DNA of 64,000 bases. It comes from Macrostomum lignano (taxonomy: Eukaryota). The notes below the pieces were generated by a model. The model worked only from the letters and a program-made list of their open reading frames with translations. It ran no database searches and was not told the DNA's origin. Positions 12,501 to 24,500 of the stretch are shown piece by piece. The stretch covers positions 62,001 to 126,000 of the forward strand of contig NIVC01000069.1 in assembly GCA_002269645.1 (NCBI GenBank). Reading direction: 5' to 3'. Every line of letters starts with the position of its first letter. The first letter of the stretch is position 1. The position numbers and the translations under genes are program-made.

Positions 12501-15500
12501 GCCATTCCGATAGGAAGGTGAGAAGACTTCAAAGTTCATTTGAACTTCTGTCGCAATTTCAGAAACTAATGGCTTAGTATTGTGAGCTTTTGCAAACTAA
12601 AATTTGGAATTAGAACATAAGGCTAACTTGTGAGATGTCTCTAATCCACAGTTCATATTGGATTCCGATCTAACTAAGCAAAATAACGTTTAGAACGTTC
12701 GCCTAAAATGTATCCTATAGGCCCCACTTGCTGGCGGGAAAAAAACGGGTACAACTTGATTTTAGGCATAATAAGAATTGTTAAATAGATACATTTCTAC
12801 CGAAACTAGAATGCTTGGCATGGAACTTTCACAGGACAGGGCGTGAATGATGCTTGCATTATTGATCTTGGACTTGAGTTGACTTGACTGCCGAACGCAT
12901 GCTTTGCTTACCTAGCGTTGTCCCAATCTGATGCTAAAGATCCTTCTCTGTGTCCCACCTATCCCAACGCAGGTGTACGTGGACAGGTCCGGCAGGCAGA
13001 TGTCCTTAGCGGAGATATTCGAGGAAATGAAGATAACGGCCTACGACCTCAACATCGACATGCTGGACGTTCACGCGGATCGCAACACCTTTCAACGATT
13101 TGACAAATTCAACTCCAAGTACAACCCGTTGGGTCAGAATCACCTGCGCGAAGTGTTTCTAAAGACTGACAATTATATTCAGGGCGAATTCTTTGCCGAC
13201 ATCATCAAGGAGGTCATGAACGAGATCAACGAGTCCAAGTATCAGCAGGCGGAGCTGAGGCTGTCCATCTACGGGCGCAGCCGCAGCGAGTGGGACAACC
13301 TTGCCAAGTGAGGTTTCTACAGTGACCTTGACCCTGATTAGCTCTTATATTGACCTTGCTCACCATTTTGGACTACTAGTGAACCTTGATCAATGTTATA
13401 GTGATTTTGACCCTGGCTACAACGATCTTGACCCTGCTTCTAGGGACCTTGACCCTAGATATCGAGCTAGTCCGGTGACCTTGACCCTAGAAATCGAGCT
13501 AGTCCGGTGACCTTGACCCTAGATATCGAGCTAGTCCGGTGACCTTGACCCTATATATCGAGCTAGTCCGGTGACCTTGACCCTATGTATCGAGCTAGTC
13601 CGGTGACCTTGAATCTAAATATCGAGCTAGTCCGGTGACCTTGACCCTAGATATCGAGCTAGTCCGGTGACCTAGACCCTAGATATCGAGCTAGTCCGGT
13701 GACCTTGACCCTAGAGCCCCGAGTTTAGTGACCTTTAGTCCAGATCCTAACTCCATTTTTTAATTATAAGTTTAAGTTCTAAAACCGACTTGTTCTGAAT
13801 TGCACTACCAGGTGGGCGGTTAAGCACAAGGTTTACTCCGAAAACGTTCGCTGGCTGATTCAAATTCCGCGTCTATTCGACGTGTACAACAGCAAGAGGC
13901 AGCTAGCAAATTTCGAAGAGTTTCTAGCCAACCTATTCCTGCCGATGATGGAAGCCACTGCCGATCCTGAAGGTCATCCTGAGCTGTTCGCCTTCTTGAA
14001 GTACGTGGTTGCGCTGGACTCTGTGGATGACGAGTCCAAGCCGGAGACTCTGGCGTTCGATGCCGCCTCGCCGATGCCGGGTGAGCCATCGGTCGATGCT
14101 TTGAATATGCTTGAATAACAGGCTACTGGTTAGAAGGCAGACAGGAGCTAGACAAGAAAAGTTCAAAATAGTCGTAGAAACACTCGGTCACTCACCGAGA
14201 AAGACGTTGTTGAGAGATGCTAAGACAGAACTTAATTCTAGACAGGTGCTTACTGCTTAGGCCAACCTAACACAAGGACGTGCGCTGAGACACACCAATG
14301 CAGATGCTGGGACAAACACACACCAACACAGATGCTGGGACAAACACACACCAACACAGATGCTGGGACAAACACACACCAACACAGATGCTGAGACAAA
14401 CACACACCAACACAGATGCTGAGACAAACACACACCAGCACAGATGCTGGGACAAACACACACCAGCACAGATGCTGAGACAAACACACACCAGCACAGA
14501 TGCTGGGACAAACACACACCAACACAGATGCTGGGACAAACACACACCAACACAGATGCTGGGACAAACACACACCAACACAGATGCTGGGACAAACACA
14601 CACCAACACAGATGCTGGGACAAACACACACCAACACAGATGCTGGGACAAACACACATCAACACAGATGCTAAGCCACGCACACTGACCATCATTAGCG
14701 TCCCCACCATTCCTCGCAGGTGACTGGACCGATGCAACGAACCCGCCCTACATGTACTACCTGTACTACATGTACGCCAACCTGGCCACGTTGAATCACC
14801 TGCGCAAGGCTCGCGGCCTTCAACCAATTACGCTGCGACCGCACTGTGGCGAGGCCGGACCCGTGCACCACCTGGTGACGGCTTTCCTGCTGGCGGACAA
14901 TATTAGCCACGGCCTACTGCTCAGGAAGGTGGGAAAGAATGGGCGTGCATGTACTACTGAGCTATAAATTTTTAAGTTGCATGCATAGCTGAAAGCTCAT
15001 AAACTTGGTTTAAAACTTACTTGTACGCTCGTAGCGAAGGCTATGAATTTTTAACTTCAATCAGTCGTCGGACGGCTCTCGTTTTTCTGTTTGAATATAA
15101 ATTGAGTATTCAATACTATTGGTACCTGCATATAATAAGCTACTCGACGTATGGCTAACAACAGGGGGCCGTATCCTAGTGGTCTTGCGCGGCTGCCAGC
15201 GGCCCAGGCTCGATTCCAAGTGCAGTTGCATTAATTTGGGTTTAAATTAGAATCTCGGCTTGGCTCTGCTCGTGCAATTAACGGTCTTGAGGGCCAACCC
15301 CCAAGGCGCAGTGAAGTGTACATGCCTAACGATAAAATAAAGTCAGGGCCGCTGTACACTCCTGTGTGAGTGTGTGCCTGTATGACTGCGTACGTATCCG
15401 CGCGCTTGTGTGCCTGCTCAGGGGAGTCGGCGGAATGGGCGCAGTAATATGTCTAGGATGCACACAGCCCCCTGCCTCCAACAACATTTTACCTGTAATT

Positions 15501-16000
15501 TCCAGGCACCGGCCCTGCAGTACCTGTACTACCTGTGCCAGATTCCCATGGCCATGTCGCCATTGTCGAACAACAGCCTGTTCCTGTCGTACAACCGGAG
15601 CCCTCTGCCGGAATTCCTAGCCAAAGGCCTGCGAGTAACTCTGAGCACAGACGATCCATTGATGTTTCATTTTACTCGCGAGCCACTAATGGAAGAGTAC
15701 TCAATCGCTGCTCAGGTTTGGAAGCTCACTAATACAGACATGTGCGAGCTGGCTAGGAATTCTGTGCTCATGTCCGGCTTCTCGCACGAGGTGAAGCAGC
15801 ACTGGCTGGGGCCGGCCTATCAACGCGAAGGACCGTTGGGCAACGATATCAAACGAACGAACGTGCCGAACGTGAGGCTGGCTTACAGATACGAGAATCT
15901 GATTGGCGAGCTAAGCCTTGTTGCCGGGGCTTATGCTCACGTGAGGCAGCAGTTGCTCCACCGATCTAGATCTCAGAGCACTGCTCAGCAGCATCAGTAG
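9554..16000 (+). CDS. AMPD2: AMP deaminase (AMPD2-like), 6 exons: 9554-10009, 11831-12517, 12973-13307, 13812-14080, 14720-14928, 15506-16000
   Basis: [23 protein letters not shown] (Zn ligands), [79 protein letters not shown]. All junctions are GT-AG with consistent phases. Confidence 0.97.
10165..10500. repeat. 21-bp minisatellite (GTGTCACATATTGTCTAGATT)n in AMPD intron 1
   Basis: Direct reading; degenerates toward its 3' end. Confidence 0.93.
10935..11215. repeat. 21/22-bp minisatellite (ACACGATTACCCACTTTAAAA)n in AMPD intron 1
   Basis: Direct reading. Confidence 0.93.
11222..11730. repeat. 21-bp minisatellite (CGGTTGCCTGACTTCAAATTA)n in AMPD intron 1, abutting the previous array
   Basis: Direct reading; the TTA and GAA unit variants are clustered. 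Confidence 0.96.
13405..13735. repeat. 32-bp minisatellite (GTGACCTTGACCCTAGATATCGAGCTAGTCCG)n in AMPD intron 3
   Basis: Period of 32 checked (13501 to 13533); no spacers. Confidence 0.93.
14290..14672. repeat. 28-bp minisatellite (CACAGATGCTGGGACAAACACACACCAA)n in AMPD intron 4
   Basis: Direct reading. Confidence 0.95.
15164..15225 (+). mobile_element. Degenerate tRNA-like (Pol III A/B box) head, possibly a SINE relic, in AMPD intron 5
   Basis: GGGGCCGTATCCTAGTGG (A-box-like) followed by GGCTCGATTCC (B-box-like); no complete cloverleaf. Confidence 0.4.
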
Positions 16001-16084
16001 GTGGCTTTGCATATCCACCCGTCTTGATGGCTGGGTCTGATTTGTGCTAAGTAACATTGCCCGACCCGGAAGTTTGCCATGGAT

Positions 16085-16400
16085 TGTGAAGCTTGGGGAT
16101 TGTGAAGTTTGGGGATTGTGAATTTTGGGGATTGTGAAGTTTGAGGATTGTGAAGTTTGAGGATTGTGAAGTTTGAGGATTGTGAAGTCTGAGGATTGTG
16201 AAGTTTGATGATTGTGAAGTTTGAGGATTTTGAAGTCTGAGGATTGTGAAGTTTGAGGATTGTGAAGTTTGAGGATTGTGAAGTTTGAGGATTGTGAAGT
16301 CTGAGCATTGTGAAGTTTGAGGATTGTGAAGTTTGAGGATTGTGAAGTTTGAGGATTGTGAAGTTTGGGGATTGTGAAGACTGAGAATCGTGAAGTCTGA
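16085..16400. repeat. 16-bp minisatellite (GAGGATTGTGAAGTTT)n downstream of the AMPD stop
   Basis: Period of 16 checked. Confidence 0.95.
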
Positions 16401-16935
16401 TAATTATCAAGACAAAAATATTCCCTCAGTTATAAAATATTTAATTCAGTTCGTCAAAGTTATTGAAAAAGTGATCTATCATGAGAGCTCTCTCCATTCC
16501 CTAATTTTATCAGCTCTTTGCTTTTTATCCTACTTAGAGATAATTCCTATTTAGACAGATAATAAAAAAACACGTCAACGTGGCAACCGCTCCGAATTTA
16601 ACTTCGTCTGTTTCTTATAGCAATAATTCGATCAGCAATATTCATGGTGATTTTTTGTTGTCATTAGAAGAAATCATGGTTGTCTGTTCCTTTCATTTTA
16701 TGTTATGCTTTTGTTATCAAAACTACTTTCAGTAGCTGTACGAAACATTCTTCGTATTTTGCTGCTTTGTTAAAAATATAAGCATCACGCAGATTCGAGC
16801 CAGATTTCATTAAATATTCGTCTATGAGGAGAGTTTCAAAAGTAGCGGAGTTTTGTCTATGGTCTAGAGGCCTGGAAAGCAACTTCAAAGCTAAATATTT
16901 GCTAAGTTGCTGGGTTAACATTTCAGATTGATATA

Positions 16936-17569
16936 CACTCAGCAACATTTAAAACGCAACACTCTAACTAGAAGAAAAATCAACTCACTCAGAAGAGTCA
17001 AAGCGCATAGTCTATGGTTCAAATCGAGCTTCAGAAACGCGTGTAGCCTCCTCTCGCAAGTAACAGGGCGATGACTATGGACTGTTTTCAGATAGAGTGA
17101 TCCAGCTGAGAGAATGGTTCAACAGATGACAGACGCGGAAAGATGGCGAGCAGTCGGAATGTTGGAAGCAGGTTGTACTCTTCGAACAGTTGCGAACCAC
17201 TTCGGGAGGTCGCCTTCAACAGTTTTACGTCTGCTACAGAAGAGCAGAGCCACTGGAAGCGTGGCTCACGCGAGAAAAGGTACGGTGCTTCACCAACTTC
17301 GCAGTACAACAGCTGTTGTTCGAAGAGTACAACCTGCTTCCAACATTCCGACTGCTCGCCATCTTTCCGCGTCTGTCATCTGTTGAACCATTCTCTCAGC
17401 TGGATCACTCTATCTGAAAACAGTCCATAGTCATCGCCCTGTTACTTGCGAGAGGAGGCTGCACGCGTTTCTGAGGCTCGATTTGAACCATAGACTGTGC
17501 GCTTTGACTCTTCTGAGTGAGTTGATTTTTCTTCTAGTTAGAGTGTTGCGTTTTGAATGTTGCTGAGTG
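16936..17569 (+). mobile_element. Tc1/mariner non-autonomous derivative A: two inverted copies of the element's 5' end (253-bp arms) carrying the transposase N-terminal HTH
   Basis: TA TSDs at 16934-35 and 17570-71; the 135-bp TIR begins CACTCAGC; arms 16936-17188 and 17317-17569 are reverse complements; ORF from 17114 MTDAERWRAVGMLEAGCTLRTVANHFGRSPSTVLRLLQK resembles a paired-like HTH. Confidence 0.9.
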
Positions 17570-18620
17570 TATATTGCCCAATTCAATAGCTGGGACAAAA
17601 CTCTCGTTACTTTTTAAAAAACTTCTCATTTTTAATATAGATTTTTTATAGTTAGCCATTTATCGTCATTCCTGTTTACAGACTGTTGCTTTAAATTTCT
17701 TTTAATTTCCCTGAAATTCCATTATTTTTTTTATCTGAGCTGCATATAGCTGCATGTAATTGATTTTTGTCAATAAAGTTTTGTTATTCTGCACTGTTTA
17801 GCTTTGTTAATTATTTCGCTGACGTCGTCCTGTAGTTTGTTATTCCGCTTCAATAATGGCGCATTTTTAATTTTGAAATTTAATCTACGCCCTGACAGCC
17901 TTACAGTGCACTGCTTGAACTTTTTTGAGCACTTTTTAAGTATAATATCACTAATTCTTGTTACGGTGTCTGTCTGTATTGCTGTGCTTCAGTTGCTATG
18001 GTGTTTTTTTCATTTTTTCAAAGATTAACATGTAGCCACTTGGCAATTTTTTTCAGCAATATTATATCTACGCATGCTCTTAACGATTTTAGATTTTGAA
18101 GTTTTTATCACTTGCTTCATTCATTCAGTGTTTGTTTTTTTCTGCTAGGAACATTTTTGGTGTGCTTTCTTGCTATCGATTGATTAAAATCTAGATCACA
18201 GTTTTATTCTATTCAATTGTTTTATCTTTCTCTACGTCTCTTAATCTTAATCTGGCACCAATTTTATACATATTTATCCATACATTCATGTCCATGGTTT
18301 TCACTCCTTTCGGCAGTTGTTTGGCGACAGTTTCTGGCATATATACTGATGCCGGAGCTTTAGGTTGGTAAATCAAAAAGTTAGCTGAATAGTTTAACTT
18401 ATTATTATTCTACTTAATTAACTGTCGTCAAGCACTGCTGCTGAGTCAGGCATCTTTCATCATGCCTAATTCATACGTCTGATTTTAACGCAATACAAGC
18501 CATAGTAACCGAATCGATTATAACAAAAATATTTATTCAGTCTTTTTGTTTTTTTAATATCATATTATTTACATTTTAGTTTTATTGTATTGTACAGGAT
18601 TGTACATTCGTATCGTTATA

Positions 18621-19754
18621 CACTCAGCAACATTTAAAACGCAACACTCTAACTAGAAGAAAAATCAACTCACTCAGAAGAGTCAAAGCGCATAGTCTAT
18701 GGTTCAAATCGAGCTTCAGAAACGCGTGTAGCCTCCTCTCGCAAGTAACAGGGCGTTGACTCGACGTGGCATTCCCAGAACAAGGCGTCGAAAAAAGTCC
18801 TGGGGAATTTCCTGCCACGCGTTAGCAACAGCATTTCGCAGTTCAGCGACTGTCTGCGGCGGATTCTGCCGTTGAACACTCCGCTTGATAAAGTCCCAGA
18901 CATGTTCAATTGGGTTCATATCAGGGGATCTTGAAGGCCACCGAAGAGTACGCAGGTGCAGCTGGTCCTTGAGTTAGCTGACAGCTGCTGCCCGGTGCGC
19001 CGGTGCATTATCGTCCTGCAGTATGCAGTTTGCGACGCCACCAAAGTGGTTGTTAACAAAAGGGAGCAGATGCGTCTGCAGCAAACGAGCGTACTCATCG
19101 CCGTTCACGTTTGCGTCTAAGAAAACCAGCTGGGTCCTGCCTCGCATTGAAATCCCTGCCCACACGTGTACGGAGGGTCCCTGCCCATCGCAGCTTTGCA
19201 CGTGCTGCTGCAGAAGCTCTTGCCGTGGCTCACGCCAGACGCGAATTCGACCATCACTGCGAAAAAGACGAAACCGACTCTCGTCTGTAAAGATAACGCG
19301 CTGCCACTGTCCTTGCCGCCAGTGCGCCCGCTGCATGGCCCACAGTTCCCTGTTAGCGACATGTGCAGGACTCAGGCGCGGCCTCCTCCGCATTTTTCTT
19401 GACCGCAATCCTGCAGCGTGAAGCCCTGTTACTTGCGAGAGGAAGCTACACGCGTTTCTGAAGCTCGATTTGAACCATAGACTATGCGCTTTGACTCTTC
19501 TGGGTGAGTTGATTTTTCTTCTAGTTAGAGTGTTGTAGAGGAAGCTACACGCGTTTCTGAAGCTCGATTTGAACCATAGACTATGCGCTTTGACTCTTCT
19601 GGGTGAGTTGATTTTTCTTCTAGTTAGAGTGTTGTAGAGGAAGCTACACGCGTTTCTGAAGCTCGATTTGAACCATAGACTATGCGCTTTGACTCTTCTG
19701 AGTGAGTTGATTTTTCTTCTAGTTAGAGTGTTGCGTTTTAAATGTTGCTGAGTG
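18621..19754 (-). mobile_element. Tc1 (DD34E) derivative B: catalytic domain with one in-frame stop, N-terminus deleted, 99-bp TIR segment triplicated
   Basis: TA TSDs at both ends; same 135-bp TIR as element A; FTDES...QDDNAPAH...WPSRSPDMNPIEH with exactly 34 residues between the second D and E; in-frame TAA at 18974-76; repeat units start at 19442, 19541 and 19640. Confidence 0.93.
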
Positions 19755-19992
19755 TATGTGTACTTACACACGAGCGTATGTGGACAATTGAGCCCAGTAG
19801 CTTGCAGTGCAATCCTCAGTGGGAGATTCAAGCTTACCCTGAAGCTTACTGCTGTTTATTGTCTATGACCCAAAGGGGGTCTGTGGAGCAACCAGATTGA
19901 GAGAATTTGGGTGGCCATTCTACGCAGTTGTGCCAGCCTTGGACCATAGACAATCACATAACTCATCTGAAAAAATAGGTATGACAGGCAAA

Positions 19993-20163
19993 CTATTTAG
20001 TGACCATGCAGATCAGCCATCGATCGAGTAGAAAGCTGGCAGCGATTTGGAATGCGGTTGTTTTCTTGATTTGCAGGATTCTTGCAGCTCCTGCGATGGA
20101 TGACCCTTGTTCAATCGCATCAATCAGCCGCTGGCGATCTGCTACAGGAATTGGTGGCGCCAT
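19993..20163 (-). pseudogene. Short HTH remnant, probably the N-terminus of another DNA transposase
   Basis: MAPPIPVADRQRLIDAIEQGSSIAGAARILQIKKTTAFQI resembles Tc1/pogo-type N-terminal HTHs; no catalytic domain follows. Confidence 0.45.
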
Positions 20164-20924
20164 TGAATAGGGTCGCTTTCTGGCCAAAGACGAGCACACA
20201 GGGGAGGGAGGGACAGAGAGCTGTAAAATCTCAGTCCGATTCTCGTATTGAATGTCCAAAGTTATAGTCTATGGCCAAGTCTCCCTCAGTAGACTTTGCT
20301 AAACTGCTTAAGTCCATGACTAGGGTGAGATCTGTGGCCTGGCTTGAATGTCTTTGGCGTCCCGTTTTGATAGTCCGAATTCCCATTCAGATCGTCAAAA
20401 GCAATACATTTTGAAAACCACTCCGAAAAGCTATTTTATCAGTAAAATTGTGACTTTTTACATTTCAATTTAATAATTTTCAGGACTATCTGGAAGATAC
20501 TAAAGGCGACTGAAACCCTGCAATCCCATTATTTGACTTCATCATATTTTCCAGCACAGATGCCATTATATGCCAAATTTGTACATGTGATGAGGACGCA
20601 CCTTTTTTCAATCTTAGAACCGCACATTTTGCCTCGATGCGCTTTTCCCCTACTGTCAGTAGGCTAACTTAGGAATTGCTCTCCATTCTCTCATCTAGGC
20701 TAAGTTCTATACTAATTTATGCCATTACTATTAGTTATGTTAGAAACTCAATGTACTTCTCTTAGGATTCTAATTTTGGATTGTTTACGCACCTTTGAAG
20801 ATCAGACTGTCTGGGTTTGAGATGGATTGACCTCCAACAGTCTAGACAGGCGACACTAAGTCTGGGAGGAACGTTTTCAACCTCGTTCTGACCCCCAGAT
20901 TTGTGGCTTTTTTACTGTTCTCAG

Positions 20925-21307
20925 TGATTTATGGCCGTCTAGCTGTCACTTTTGGCTCCAGCCTGTCTGGGTCAAAGAGGTCTTTCCAGCTCTCTCCCCA
21001 CTCGCTCTGTTGCTTTCTCCTTTGATTTATGGGCGTTTTGCTGTCACTTTTGGCGCCAGGATGTCTAGACAAGTGACTTTTATTATGTTTTGCTTATGAT
21101 TTATGACCGCACCTGTCAACTTCCCTGGGGTCTGAAGGCCACCTGGTGGGGTGGGTTTTGGGGTCTTGAGCTCAGCCAATCAGAGTCGACCTGACTGCCC
21201 CCGGCTCGACCAATCAGAAAATTCGGCGCCTATTTTAACAAAAGCTCTCAGCCAATCGGAAAATTCGGCGTGCATTATAACAAATTGGCCGCGTGAGAGC
21301 TATAAAA
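20925..21307 (+). promoter_or_regulatory. LTR enhancer/promoter: three TGATTTATGR-(6-8)-CTGTCA composite sites, three CCAAT boxes and a TATA box
   Basis: Composite sites at 20925-20948, 21023-21046 and 21097-21118; CCAAT at 21176, 21210 and 21252; TATAAAA at 21301-21307. Confidence 0.65.
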
Positions 21308-21544
21308 GGCGGCAACTCGACCCGCGCTCGAGAAAACGCCAAACTGGAGAGCGGACCCTGGTCCTCCTCTTCTGGTCCTGCCGACCTGATCCCCCTTTCC
21401 CCGGCAGTTTCGGCTTCAACAGCTAAGTTCCCCCTGAGAAGCATCATCAACATCTCCCAGCAGTGATCTAAGAGCAGCAACGACTATCGGCAAGTGAAGA
21501 GCAGCGGCGGCAATCGTCAGTCAAGATCAGCAGCAGCATCCCAC

Positions 21545-24500
21545 TGTTCTGTTGTTGAATTAACGAACGCAGAAACAAGATAGATAATTATCCGGGCGCT
21601 CAGTGGCACCAAAAGAAGGGCTTGGCCAATAGGAGGGCGGCTCGTATATTTATGCACGCGGGGAAGGAAAGTTCTAGAAAGACCGGGGAAGGAAACTTCT
21701 GGAACTATGCGTAAACAAGTCCGCGGTGGAAGTTTCTAGAAACGCTGTCCCCGAACTACCCCTACGCCTCGCATGCCTTTGCAATACACAACATTCTTCC
21801 CCTCCTTCAAGGAGTCCAACAGTCCCCAAGCTTCACTTTAATCAGTCCCAGCGGCAGTTCATGAAGCGTATCGGCGGGTGCCTGGCTCGCTCAGATCGGC
21901 GGGGCGCTGCTGTTCTTGCCGGAGGCTCCGCCGCCGGTGCCGCCGGTGCCGCCGTGCCGGCTCCGGTCGTTGGCGCCGAGTCCACCAGTGGATCGAACCG
22001 CTCTCTCGGCTGCGCCGGGTGCGGTGTTCGGATCAGCCGCTGCTGGTTCCATCTGGTGCCGTCGCTGAGCTCGACCGCGTGGTGTCCCGCCTGACGGAGC
22101 ACTTGTAGTGGCCGTGAGAGGCGGGTACCCAGCTTGCCCTTCTTGGTGGGCCGTCGGATTCTCACCCAATCGCCGGGGTGGAACGTCTCGGGGCGGGCCC
22201 TTCGTCTGGCATCGGTGTAGGCCTTGATCCGCTGCTGCCGCGCCTCGATTTGCTGCCGCAGTGCCTGAGGCGTCGCCTCGGTCGTTGTCATTCCCCCTCC
22301 GGGAGACAGCATGGTGATCGCGGTGCGCCACTTCCGACCCAGCATGAGCTCGGCCGGTGACTTGCCCGTCAGGCTGTGCTTGGAGCTCCGGTAGGCGGAC
22401 AAGAAGTTGGTCACGGCGTCTTGAAACGGCCTGTTCTCCACCATGGCCGCTCTGATGCTGGCGAGTAGCGACCGATTGAGACGCTCCGTCTGGCCGTTGG
22501 TTTGCGGATGGTAGAGGCTGGTCTTGACGTGCCGGATGCCCTGCTCGGCCAAGAAGTCCGAGAACTCGCTGCCAAACTGCGGGCCGTTGTCCGTCAGCAC
22601 CTTCTCGCACAGCCCCCACCTTGCGAACAGGCTGCGCATCGCACGGCAGATGGTCTCCGTGGTGATGCTGGCCGTCGGGATGACCTCCGGCCACTTGCTG
22701 TGCAGGTCGGTCACGACGATGAGGTACCTGCTAGAGGCCGGCGCCGCCTGCAGTTCTCCGACGATGTCCACGGCGATCTCTGCCCATGGTGAATCTGGCC
22801 AGCGTATGGTCTTGAGCGGGGCCGGACTGACCTTAAAGTTCTTCTCGGCTGTCTCGCACGCTACGCAGTGTCGCACGAAGGTCTCGACCGCCTTGTCCAT
22901 GGCGGGCCACCAGACTGAGTCGCGGAGCGCCTGCTTGGTGCGCACGATGCCCTGGTGCCCTTCGTGAGCCTGCTCGAGAAGCTGGCCGCGGAGAGACTCC
23001 GGGATGACCGCTCTCTCCTGGAAGGCAAGGCATTCGCCGTTGTTCCAGACGCTTAGCTGTTCGCGCACCTTCCAGAGCGCCCGCAGCTCGACGTCGTCGA
23101 TGTCAGCTGGCCACCGGCCGCTAATGACGCTCCTGATGGCTGTCCTCAGTGTCTCGTCAGCTGCGGTCCCTGCGGTAAGTGCTTCCAGTGTGACCGCCTT
23201 GACTCTCGGGCCTGGAGTGTCGGGCAGGTGGATCAGGTTTAGCTCCGATCCGCTGCTCCACCGGGAAAGCAGATCGGCAACGTAGTTGCTGTTTCCTGGC
23301 AGGTAGTGCACGTGGAAGTCGTACTGCAGCAGCCGGTCGCACCACCTGTGGATCCGCAGTGGCCGGTGTCCCGTGCCGGTCGGTCCCAGAAGCAGCTGCT
23401 GCAGCGCCTGATGATCTGTGCGCAGCTCGAAGTGGCGACCGTAGAGGTAGAAATGCCACTTCTCCATCGCCCAGAGGCTAGCCAGTGCCTCGCGCTCGTT
23501 CGCGGCGTAGCGCTGTTCCGTCGTCGTCAGCGCTCGGGCGGCGAAGGCGACCGGTCGCTCGACGCCGTCCTGGATCTGCGACAGCTGGGCTCCGATGGCC
23601 TTGGCGCTGGCATCCGTGGTGACGATAGTGTCGGCCTTCGGGTCGAAGTGGGCGAGCGTCGGTGCCTTGCTGATGGCGTCCTTCACTGCTTCGAACGCCC
23701 GTTGGCACTCCGGCGTCCAGTCGAAGTTGGAGTCGGCCTTCAGGAGCCTTCGAAGCGGCTCTGTGATGTCGGCGTAGTGCGGCACGAAGCGCATCAGGAA
23801 GTTAGCGGCGCCTAGGAATGACTTCAACGCCTTCTGATCTCCGGGCTGCCGGATGTCCCTGATGGCCGCTGTGGCTGACTCCGTTGGCCGGATGCCGGCC
23901 TCCGAGATCACGAATCCGAAGAATTCGACCTCTTTCTGCTTGAAGGCGCACTTCTGCTTGTTCACCGTCATGCCCTTGTCCTCGAGGCGCTGGAGCAACT
24001 TCTCCAGTCGTCGATCGTGCTCCTCCTCGCTGCGCCCGTACACGATGAAGTCATCCAGGATGTGCTCCACTCCGTCGAGGTCGGCGGCCTGATCGTCGAG
24101 CATGCGCTGGAAAGCAGCTGGTGCCGATGCCAGGCCGAAGGGAACTCGACGATAGCGGAAGAGCCCCTTGTGCGTGATGAAGGCTGTCAGGTTGCGGCTC
24201 GATTCATGCAGCTGCATCTGCATGTAGCCCGACTTCAGATCAATCTTGCTGAACACTCGGCCACGGCCTTTCTTGATCTTCGAGGCAATCTCGTCCAGCT
24301 GTGGCATCGGGTGCTTGTCGACGATCAGTGCCTTGTTCGGCTCGCGAACGTCGACGCAGATTCGGATGCTGCCATCCTTCTTCGCCGTCACCACTAGATT
24401 GGAGACCCACTCGCTAGCGTTGACTCGCTCGATGATGCCGTTCTTCTCTATCTTATCGAGTTCGGCACCGACCTGCTCCTGTCGCATGAGGGGCAGGCGA

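Noticed and set aside
13405-13735. 32-bp array (and the 38-bp array at 31028) resembling CRISPR repeats in length
   Set aside because: Units are head-to-tail with no unique spacers, no cas genes, and the context is eukaryotic.
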